A stretch of 64,000 nt of DNA, taken from positions 1,440,001 to 1,504,000 of the forward strand of contig CAWDVR010000001.1 in the NCBI GenBank assembly GCA_963805975.1. Reading direction: 5' to 3'. Source of the stretch: an uncultured Acidobacteriota bacterium (GTDB lineage: Bacteria > Acidobacteriota > Thermoanaerobaculia > Multivoradales > SZUA-115). The translations under genes and the position numbers were made by a program. The notes beneath the pieces were generated by a model. It had not been told where the DNA came from, did no database searches, and was given only the letters and a program-made list of their open reading frames with translations. Shown piece by piece: positions 30,192-37,857 of this stretch. Positions within the stretch are counted from its first letter, which is position 1, and each line of letters begins with the position of its first letter.

Positions 30192-31949
30192 TCAGTCTAC
30201 GCAGACCGCGATGCCCAGCTCCGCCAACTGGCGCGCGTCGACCTCGGACGGCGCCTCGGTCATCAGGCAGGTGGCCGAACCGGTCTTGGGGAAGGCGATC
30301 ACGTCGCGCAGCGAGCCGGCGCCCGCCATCAGCATCACCAGGCGGTCGAGCCCGAGCGCGATCCCGCCGTGAGGCGGCGCGCCGTAGCGCAGGGCCTCGA
30401 GCAGGAAGCCGAAACGGGACTGTGCCTCTTCGGCACCGATCCCCAGCAGCTCGAAGATCCGGCTCTGGACGTCCTGGCGGTGGATACGGATCGAGCCGCC
30501 GCCGATCTCGGTGCCGTTGAGCACCACGTCGTAGGCTCGCGAGCGGACGGCACCGGGATCGGTCGCGAGGGTATCGAGGTCGCGCGGGTCCGGGCTGGTG
30601 AAGGGATGGTGGAGCGCGGCCCAGCGCTTCTCCTCGGCGTCGTACTCGAGGAGCGGGAACTCGGTCACCCAGAGGAAAGCATGCTTGCCTTCGGGGACCA
30701 GGCCGTGGGCGCGGGCCAGCTCCTGCCGCAGCACGCCGAGCGCGGTCTCGGCGACCTTCCGCGGCGCGGCCACCAGAACCGCCAGGCCCCCCTCTTCGAG
30801 TCCGAGGTCGGCGGCGGCGCCCTCGAGCTCGGCCGAGGTCAGCGCCTCCTTGACCTGGAACTGGATCTCGCCGCCGCGGCGGCGCAGCGTCAGCACACCC
30901 GCCGCGCCGCTCCTCCGTGCCAGGGCCGCCCACTCGTCCACCTGCTTGCGGCTGGCCTCGGCGGCGCCGGGAACGGCGAAGCCGCGCACCACTCCGCCCG
31001 CCGCCACGGTCTCGCGGAAGCCCCGGAAGCCGCTCTCGCCCAGCCGTGCCGAGAGGTCATGGATCGGCAGCTCGTAGCGCAGGTCCGGCCGGTCCGAGCC
31101 GTAGCGGGCCATGGCCTCGGCGTAGGTCAGCCGTGGATAGACGGCCGGCGGCTCGATTCCGGCGAGCGGAAAGATGCGCGCGAAGAGGCCCTCGATCAGG
31201 CGCATGACTTCGTCCTCGGTGACGAAGGACATCTCGAGGTCTACCTGCGTGAACTCCGGCTGGCGGTCGCCGCGCAGGTCTTCGTCACGGAAACAGCGCG
31301 CGATCTGCACGTAGCGCTCGAAGCCCGCCACTTGCAGGATCTGTTTGAAGAGCTGCGGCGACTGGGGCAAGGCGTAGAACGACCCGCGCCGGACACGCGA
31401 AGGAACGAGGTAGTCGCGCGCGCCCTCAGGCGTCGAGCGGGTCAGGATCGGTGTCTCGACGTCCAGGAAGCCCCGCTCGTGAAAGTAGGTGCGTACCGCC
31501 ATCGTCACCCGGTCGCGGAGCAGGAAATTGGCCTGCAGCTCCGGCCGGCGCAGGTCGAGGAAGCGGTAGCGCAGGCGGGTCTCCTCCGCCGCGTCGCCGG
31601 CGGTGTCCGGCGTGAAGGGCGGCGGATCCGAGCGGTTGAGCACCTGGGCACGGTCGGGGATCACCTCGACCAGCCCGGTGGGGATCCGCGGGTTGGGGTT
31701 CTCGCGCGCGGCGACCACACCCTCGATCTCGACCACCCACTCCGACCGCACCTCGGTGAGCGCCGCGGCCACCGTGGGACGTTCGTCGGGCCGCACCAGA
31801 ACCTGCGCCAGGCCGCTCCGGTCGCGCAGGTCGAGGAACATCACGCCGCCGAGGTCGCGGCGGCGATGCACCCAGCCGGAGAGCAGCACGGTGGTGCCAA
31901 TGTCGGTTTCTCCAAGCGTGCCCGCGCCTCGCCGCTCCATCGCGTCCAC
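30192..31949 (-). CDS. aspS: Aspartate--tRNA ligase
   Basis: RRRDLGG, PEGARDYLVPSR, CFRDEDLR, HHPFT, PPHGGIALGLDR. Confidence 0.97.
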   Translation of the reverse strand: MDAMERRGAGTLGETDIGTTVLLSGWVHRRRDLGGVMFLDLRDRSGLAQVLVRPDERPTVAAALTEVRSEWVVEIEGVVAARENPNPRIPTGLVEVIPDRAQVLNRSDPPPFTPDTAGDAAEETRLRYRFLDLRRPELQANFLLRDRVTMAVRTYFHERGFLDVETPILTRSTPEGARDYLVPSRVRRGSFYALPQSPQLFKQILQVAGFERYVQIARCFRDEDLRGDRQPEFTQVDLEMSFVTEDEVMRLIEGLFARIFPLAGIEPPAVYPRLTYAEAMARYGSDRPDLRYELPIHDLSARLGESGFRGFRETVAAGGVVRGFAVPGAAEASRKQVDEWAALARRSGAAGVLTLRRRGGEIQFQVKEALTSAELEGAAADLGLEEGGLAVLVAAPRKVAETALGVLRQELARAHGLVPEGKHAFLWVTEFPLLEYDAEEKRWAALHHPFTSPDPRDLDTLATDPGAVRSRAYDVVLNGTEIGGGSIRIHRQDVQSRIFELLGIGAEEAQSRFGFLLEALRYGAPPHGGIALGLDRLVMLMAGAGSLRDVIAFPKTGSATCLMTEAPSEVDARQLAELGIAVCVD

Positions 31950-31959
31950 TCCTTGCGCT

Positions 31960-32487
31960 TCAGGTCCCGGGACCCAAGATTTGTAGGTACTCGTCTTTCA
32001 GGGCTACGTAGCGATCGCGGATCTCGAGGATGATCCGCGACTCCTCGGCGGTCAGCGGTCGCACCACCTGGGCCGGCACGCCGAGCGCCAGGTGCCCCGC
32101 CGGCACCCGTTTGCCGGGCGCCACCACCGCCCCCGCCCCCACCTGTGCCCCGGCCTCGATCACCGCGCCGTCGAGCACGCGCGCACCGATGCCGATCAGG
32201 GCGCCGTCCTCGACCGTGCAGCCGTGGAGCATGGCGCTGTGGCCGATCACCACCCCGGAGCCGATCACCAGGGGATGGGTCTTGTGCATCACGTGCAGGA
32301 TGGTGCCGTCCTGCACGTTGGTGCCGGCGCCGATCGAGATCGAGTTCACGTCGCCGCGCGCCGCAGTGTGGAACCAGAACGACACGTCGTCGCCCAGCGC
32401 CACGTCGCCGGTCAGGTAGGCGCCGGGAGCCAGGAACACACGCTCGCCGAGTCTGGGAAGCTGGCCGCGATAGGGGTAGATCGGCAT
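31960..32487 (-). CDS. Gamma carbonic anhydrase family protein
   Basis: RGDVN, NVQDG, GHSAMLHGC, hexapeptide repeats. Confidence 0.9.
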   Translation of the reverse strand: MPIYPYRGQLPRLGERVFLAPGAYLTGDVALGDDVSFWFHTAARGDVNSISIGAGTNVQDGTILHVMHKTHPLVIGSGVVIGHSAMLHGCTVEDGALIGIGARVLDGAVIEAGAQVGAGAVVAPGKRVPAGHLALGVPAQVVRPLTAEESRIILEIRDRYVALKDEYLQILGPGT

Positions 32488-32568
32488 ACGAGTCCCTGGC
32501 GCCGGAGGCGCCGGAGCCGTGGAATCTAGCACGCGGCGTCCGAGGCAGGCGGTTATGATCGCTCGCTC

Positions 32569-33285
32569 ATGCCCAGCTCCGGCGCCGCTTCGCAGACGAT
32601 CGACGTCGTGATCCCGGCGCTCGACGAGGAGGGCTCGATCGGCCTGGTGCTCGCCGGGCTGCCGCGACCTCCGGTGCGCCGCATCGTGGTGGCGGACAAC
32701 GGCTCCCGCGACCGCACCGCCGAGCTGGCGCGCGCCGCGGGAGCCGAGGTCGTCGCCGCTCCCCACCCGGGCTACGGCAGCGCCTGCCTCGCGGGGCTCG
32801 CTCATCTCGCGGCGACCGGACCGCCGGAGATCGTGGTGTTCATCGATGCCGACTACTCCGACCACCCCGAGGAGCTACCCGATCTGGTGGCGCCGATCCT
32901 CGGCGGCACCGCCGACCTGGTCGTCGGCTCGCGCATCCTGGGCCGGCGGGAGCGCGGTGCCCTGCTGCCCCAGGCGCGGGCAGGCAACCTCGTCGCCTGC
33001 TGGCTGATCCGCCGGCTCTACGGGCATCGATACACGGACCTCGGCCCCTTCCGGGCGGTGCGGTGGGAGGCGCTCGAGCGGCTGGGGATGGAAGATCCGG
33101 ACTTCGGTTGGACGGCGGAAATGCAAGTCAAGGCACTGCGTCGGGGCCTGCGGGTGAGCGAGGTCCCGGTTTCCTACCGCCGACGGGTCGGCGTCTCGAA
33201 GATCACCGGCACGGTGGTCGGTACCGTTCGCGCCGGCCACAAAATCCTGTGGACCGTGTTCAAGTACTCCCGGAGCACTCGATGA
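32569..33285 (+). CDS. Glycosyltransferase family 2
   Basis: VIPALDE, DNGSRD, GYGSAC, DADYS, TDLGPFR. Confidence 0.9.
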   Translation: MPSSGAASQTIDVVIPALDEEGSIGLVLAGLPRPPVRRIVVADNGSRDRTAELARAAGAEVVAAPHPGYGSACLAGLAHLAATGPPEIVVFIDADYSDHPEELPDLVAPILGGTADLVVGSRILGRRERGALLPQARAGNLVACWLIRRLYGHRYTDLGPFRAVRWEALERLGMEDPDFGWTAEMQVKALRRGLRVSEVPVSYRRRVGVSKITGTVVGTVRAGHKILWTVFKYSRSTR

Positions 33286-33746
33286 GCAACCATCGCGGCC
33301 ACGCTGAGCCCCTGCCCCTCACTCTGCCAAGGGTCGAGGAGTCGATCGAAGTGCGCTATGCGGAGACCGACCAGATGGGCTGGGTGCATCACTCGCGGTA
33401 CTTGGTGTGGTTCGAGGTCGCCCGCACCCGGCTCTGCCTCGAAAGCGGGTATCACTACGCGCAGATCGAGGCCATGGGAACGCTCCTCGTGGTGACCGGC
33501 GCCGAGCTCCGCTACCGTCAGGGGGCCCGGTACGGGGAAACGGTCACCGTGATCTGCTCTCTGACACGGCTCGTCAGCCGGGGCCTGACCTTCAGCTACG
33601 AGGTCCGGCGGGGCTCCGAGCTGTTGGTCACCGGCAGCACGGAGCACGTTTGGGTGGAGGCCGCCACCGGCCGGCCCTGCCGCATCCCTGAAGTGCTGCG
33701 GCCCGGGTTCGAAAGGCTGCGCGGCGCGAAGCCGAGCTCCGGCTGA
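33282..33746 (+). CDS. Acyl-CoA thioesterase (YbgC/4HBT family)
   Basis: VRYAETDQMGWVHHSRYLVWFE; ATGA overlap. Confidence 0.88.
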   Translation: MSNHRGHAEPLPLTLPRVEESIEVRYAETDQMGWVHHSRYLVWFEVARTRLCLESGYHYAQIEAMGTLLVVTGAELRYRQGARYGETVTVICSLTRLVSRGLTFSYEVRRGSELLVTGSTEHVWVEAATGRPCRIPEVLRPGFERLRGAKPSSG

Positions 33747-33767
33747 TCTATCCATCCCTTGACGCAC

Positions 33768-33797
33768 TTGACAAGGTCACGTTTCTAAGTGTAGCCT
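33768..33797 (+). promoter_or_regulatory. sigma70-type promoter of the RES TA operon (leaderless)
   Basis: TTGACA-18 nt-TAGCCT, ATG 6 nt downstream; overlapping CACTT...AAGTG inverted repeat. Confidence 0.65.
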
Positions 33798-33803
33798 GGG
33801 TAC

Positions 33804-34406
33804 ATGAGTGCCGCCCACCGCCCCCGCCCGGCCGAGAATGAGGTCAGGGAACCGCAGCAGGTGGCCTATGCCGCGGAAGCCCCGCGGGCGCTTTTTCTCG
33901 ATCACGTCGTGGAACGCATCGCCACGGAGATGCGGTTCCTGGCCCGCGCTTATGCCGCGCAAGGCCGCTCTCTCGAGGAGCTGGGCTCGGCGGATGAGGT
34001 GGCCAACCGGATGGTTGCCACCCTGCCCGCACCGTCCGGCTGGAACGCGGTGCTGGGACCGTTCTACGGCTCGGCCCAGATCGGCAAGATCCTGGGCAAC
34101 GTCTCCCGGCAGGCGGTGGCCGACCGTCGGTCCCGGCGCACGCTGCTGGCTCTGCGCACTTCGGACGGCCAGTGGGTCTACCCGACCTTTCAGTTCGACG
34201 AGCGCCAGGAAGTTCTAACAGGCCTGCCGGCAGTAGTGCAGATCCTCGCCGAGAGCGGAGTCGACGACTGGACGCTGGCCGGCTGGCTGGTATCTCCGAT
34301 GCGTTCCCTCGGCGGCGCCACTCCTATCGACTGGCTGCGTTCCGGGAACGACGCTGTGATTCTCCGGACCTTGGCGCGCGATGCAGCGCGGCGTTTCGCG
34401 CAGTAG
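33804..34406 (+). CDS. Putative antitoxin (HTH plus Xre/MbcA/ParS-like C-terminus)
   Basis: NVSRQAV HTH, YPTFQF, WLVSP..LGGATPIDWL; directly upstream of a RES gene. Confidence 0.75.
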   Translation: MSAAHRPRPAENEVREPQQVAYAAEAPRALFLDHVVERIATEMRFLARAYAAQGRSLEELGSADEVANRMVATLPAPSGWNAVLGPFYGSAQIGKILGNVSRQAVADRRSRRTLLALRTSDGQWVYPTFQFDERQEVLTGLPAVVQILAESGVDDWTLAGWLVSPMRSLGGATPIDWLRSGNDAVILRTLARDAARRFAQ

Positions 34407-34444
34407 AACAAACGCCAGCCGCCGTGCCCAAGCGAAGCGAGACC

Positions 34445-35065
34445 GTGAGCCTGGCCCCGCCGCCGGCAGACCCGGCGGCGCTCGAGGGTTTTCCGCGGAT
34501 GGTGCTCGAGAGCGTGACCTGCCTGTATCGCGTGGGCCGCGCCGAGCGCTCACCCTGGTGGTTCGGAAGCTCGCTCGAGGGCCGCTTCGATCTGCCCGAG
34601 CCCGACGGCACCTGCTACGTGGCTCTCGATCCTCTCGCCGCCCTGCTGGAGGTGATCGGGCCCGACCGCGAGCGCGGCTATCTGAGCGCCGAGCACTTGG
34701 CTCGCCGTCGAATCTACGAGCTCTATCTCGAAGACGACCGCGTCCTTGCCGACCTCCCCGCAACGCAGGCCGCCGCCTTCGGAGTGACACTCGAGATCCA
34801 CGCCATCGTTCCCTACGACCTTCCCCAGACCTGGGCGCACCGGCTCCGGGCCGCGGGATTCGAGGGCGTCCGATATCTCGTGCGTCACGATCCTTCGGGC
34901 GAAGACGGCCTCGCGCTGTTCGGCTCCCATGGCGGCCACCCGGACTGGCCAGTCGACGAGGAGAGGGAGATCGGCGCACAGATGCTCGAGCGGCTCGAGA
35001 CCCGCTACGGCCTCAAGGTGCTCCGCATCCCACACTCGAGCCAGATCGAGGTCGTCGGCTCGTAG
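34445..35065 (+). CDS. RES domain toxin (NAD+ phosphorylase family)
   Basis: LYRV, GRFDL, GTCY, ALLE, GVRY..R motifs. Confidence 0.82.
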   Translation: MSLAPPPADPAALEGFPRMVLESVTCLYRVGRAERSPWWFGSSLEGRFDLPEPDGTCYVALDPLAALLEVIGPDRERGYLSAEHLARRRIYELYLEDDRVLADLPATQAAAFGVTLEIHAIVPYDLPQTWAHRLRAAGFEGVRYLVRHDPSGEDGLALFGSHGGHPDWPVDEEREIGAQMLERLETRYGLKVLRIPHSSQIEVVGS

Positions 35066-35098
35066 CCAGCTCGGGCCGGCTGCTATCCTCCTCGCGCC

Positions 35099-36274
35099 AT
35101 GCCTCGCCTTTCCCTCACCACCGGCGGTGAGAGCCACGGCCCGGGCCTGACGGCCGTCCTCGCCGGCATGCCGGCTGGGCTGCGCGTCGATCCGGCCTTC
35201 GTGCGGCACGAGCTCAAGCGCCGCCAGCACGGCTTCGGCCGCGGCCGGCGCATGCAGATCGAGCAGGACGAGGCCGAGATTCGCGGCGGGGTGCGGGGCG
35301 GCGAGACCCTGGGCTCCCCCATCGTGCTGTGGATCGAGAACCGCGACTACCGGGCGTGGGAGTCGGTGATGAACCCGCTCGCCAACGACCGGGAGCGGAG
35401 CGAGCAGCGGCGGCTCAAGACACCGCGGCCCGGCCATGCGGATCTCGCCGGCGGGCTCAAGTTCCTGCGCACCGACCTGCGCGACGTGCTGGAGCGCGCC
35501 TCGGCCCGGGAGACCACGGCGCGGGTGGCGGCGGGCGCCTTTGCCAAGCTGTTCCTCGCCGAGCTCGGCGTCGAGATCCGGAGCGGCGTCCGCTCGCTGG
35601 GGCCGATCGGCGCCGGCCGGGCGGCTCCGACCTGGGAGGAGATCGAACAGGTGGACGACGGCTCGCCGCTGCGCGCCATCGACCGCGAGCGCGAGCCCGA
35701 GATGGTGGCGCTCATCGAGCGCGCCAAGAAAGAGGGCGACACGCTGGGCGGCGCCGTCACCGTCATCGCCCACAACGTGCCCCCCGGCCTCGGCTCGCAC
35801 GTGCACTGGGACGAAAAGCTCGACGGCCGCCTGGCCCAGGCCGTGATGTCGGTGCCGGCGGTCAAGGCGGTCGAGATCGGTGCCGGCCTCGCGGCCTCGG
35901 CTGGCTTCGGCAGTCAGGCGCACGACGCCATCGAGCGTTCCGATGAGCGCTGGCACCGGCCCACCAACCGCGCCGGGGGCATCGAGGGCGGGATCACCAA
36001 CGGCGCCGACGTAGTGATCACCGCCTACAAGAAACCGATCTCGACCCTCATTCAGGGGATGCCGAGCGTCGACCTGGACACACTGGCGGCCGTGACCTCG
36101 CAGTACGAGCGCAGCGACATCACCGCCCTGCCCGCTGCCGGCGTGATCGCCGAGGCCATGGTGGCGCTGGTGCTGGCGGACGCGGCTCTCGAGAAGCTGG
36201 GCGGCGACTCGATGGCCGAGGTCATGGCGCACTTCCTGGCGACGACGGCTCAGCAGGCGGCCTGGCCCCGGTAG
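35099..36274 (+). CDS. aroC: Chorismate synthase
   Basis: GESHG, PRPGHAD, ERASARET, NRAGGIEGGITNG, KPISTL, ERSD. Confidence 0.97.
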   Translation: MPRLSLTTGGESHGPGLTAVLAGMPAGLRVDPAFVRHELKRRQHGFGRGRRMQIEQDEAEIRGGVRGGETLGSPIVLWIENRDYRAWESVMNPLANDRERSEQRRLKTPRPGHADLAGGLKFLRTDLRDVLERASARETTARVAAGAFAKLFLAELGVEIRSGVRSLGPIGAGRAAPTWEEIEQVDDGSPLRAIDREREPEMVALIERAKKEGDTLGGAVTVIAHNVPPGLGSHVHWDEKLDGRLAQAVMSVPAVKAVEIGAGLAASAGFGSQAHDAIERSDERWHRPTNRAGGIEGGITNGADVVITAYKKPISTLIQGMPSVDLDTLAAVTSQYERSDITALPAAGVIAEAMVALVLADAALEKLGGDSMAEVMAHFLATTAQQAAWPR

Positions 36275-36391
36275 GCCGCGCACTCGAAGGCCTGGTGGAA
36301 GGCGGTTGGCGAGGGGCCGCAATCTCCTCTGTGCCGGTTCCGGCTTATACTGGAGTGAGAAAGTAAGGATACCTCTCACCGGTTTCGAAAA

Positions 36392-37027
36392 ATGGGCCAA
36401 GAGGAAGCCGGTGGTCTGCTGCAACGAGCCCTGGCCGGCGATCAGATCTCTCTGTCCCGCCTGGTTGCCGTGCTGACGCCGGTGATCCAGGCGCGGGCCG
36501 CGCGTACCTTGCTGCCCCGCCGCTCGCGTCTCGCCGACGGGCGAAGCATGCGGCAGGAGGTCGAGGACGTCAGCCAGGAGATCTTCGTCCTGCTCTTCTC
36601 CAACAACGCCCGGGTCCTGCGTAGCTGGCAGGCGGAGCGCGGCCTTTCTCTCGAGAACTTCGTCGGTCTGGTCACCCAACGGCAGATCGTCTCCTTCCTC
36701 CGCAGCGGCAAGCGGAACCCGTGGCGGGAGGAGCCCTTCGCCGCGGAGGATCTCCTCACCGAAGCGCCGGAGCCTGGGCCCGAGCAGGTCGCCGCCAGCC
36801 GCGAGCAACTTCGCCTGGTGCTCGATCGGCTACGGGCCGACGTAAGCCCCCTGGGCTGGCGGCTCTTCGAGCTGCTCTTCATCGAGGAGCTGCCGCTGCC
36901 CGAGGTCATGGCCGCGAGTGGCCTCTCCGCCGACGCGGTCTACGCCTGGCGGAGCCGTCTGCGCCGGCTGGCCCACCAGTTGCTGGCTGGCTTGTCAGGA
37001 AACTCGGCGGGCGGGCGAAATACGTAG
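36392..37027 (+). CDS. ECF RNA polymerase sigma factor
   Basis: EVEDVSQEIF (region 2) and LSADAVYAWRSRLRR (region 4.2 HTH); 211 aa. Confidence 0.85.
   Translation: MGQEEAGGLLQRALAGDQISLSRLVAVLTPVIQARAARTLLPRRSRLADGRSMRQEVEDVSQEIFVLLFSNNARVLRSWQAERGLSLENFVGLVTQRQIVSFLRSGKRNPWREEPFAAEDLLTEAPEPGPEQVAASREQLRLVLDRLRADVSPLGWRLFELLFIEELPLPEVMAASGLSADAVYAWRSRLRRLAHQLLAGLSGNSAGGRNT
36993..37019 (+). promoter_or_regulatory. Putative ECF promoter TGTCAG-N16-GCGAA (copy 1)
   Basis: Inside the sigma gene 3' end, 22 nt before the anti-sigma ATG. Confidence 0.7.
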
Positions 37028-37041
37028 AGAGATGGCCACAC

Positions 37042-37857
37042 ATGAGTAAAGACCCACTGTTGAGCGATCTGGCGCGCCTGGCTCGCGAGGAAGACCGCGG
37101 CGAAGACATGGCCCTCGACGAGCGTTGGGATCGCCTTGCCGCGGGGACGCTCACCGCCGAAGAGGAGGCAGAGCTGAAGGCCCTCGCCGCGACCTCACCC
37201 GAGGCGCGGGACGCCTACGAGGCCTTCCGGCCCCTCGGAGCCGAGTTCGAGGTTCGGATGGTGGCCGCGGCCGCCGCCGAGCTGAGCGGCGACCACCGAG
37301 AGGTCGACCCTCGGCCGGTGCCGGCTCGCGTGCTCCCGTTTCAGCGGCCTGCGGTGCGCCTGTGGGGCTCACTGGCCGCCGCAAGCGCGGTGGCGGCGTC
37401 GCTGCTCCTCCTCTTGCGCGGGCCGGGCGGACTGCCCCATCTGCCTGTCTACACCGCCGAGCTGAGCGGTGGGAGCCAGATCCTCCGCGGAGGCGACCTG
37501 GTCCTGGGGCCGCCGGTCTTCACCCTCGGTTCGTTGCTGACTCTCGAAGTCCGCCCGGCGCAGTCGGTGAATGGCCTGGTGGAAGCGCGCAGTTTCCTCA
37601 CCCGCGGCGAGGAGGTGGTGCGCTGGGAGCGGGAGCCGCCCCTGGAGGTCGCCGGCGGCGCCGTGCGCCTGCGAGGAACGCTCGGCGAGGAGATCCGCCT
37701 GCCGGCGGGAGACTGGCGGCTGTGGATCGTCCTCGCCCGGCCAGGCGAGATGCCGTCGCCCGAGGAGGTCTTGGCAGATCGGGAGAGGAGCAGTGGGGGC
37801 CCCGGCTGGCAGGCGATTTCCGTGGAGCTGCGGGTGGAGGGCCTCTCCGACCCGTGA
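37042..37857 (+). CDS. Putative transmembrane anti-sigma factor
   Basis: N-terminal WDRLAAGTLTAEEEAEL helices, single TM (LWGSLAAASAVAASLLLLL), extracytoplasmic beta-rich domain; follows the ECF gene. Confidence 0.7.
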   Translation: MSKDPLLSDLARLAREEDRGEDMALDERWDRLAAGTLTAEEEAELKALAATSPEARDAYEAFRPLGAEFEVRMVAAAAAELSGDHREVDPRPVPARVLPFQRPAVRLWGSLAAASAVAASLLLLLRGPGGLPHLPVYTAELSGGSQILRGGDLVLGPPVFTLGSLLTLEVRPAQSVNGLVEARSFLTRGEEVVRWEREPPLEVAGGAVRLRGTLGEEIRLPAGDWRLWIVLARPGEMPSPEEVLADRERSSGGPGWQAISVELRVEGLSDP

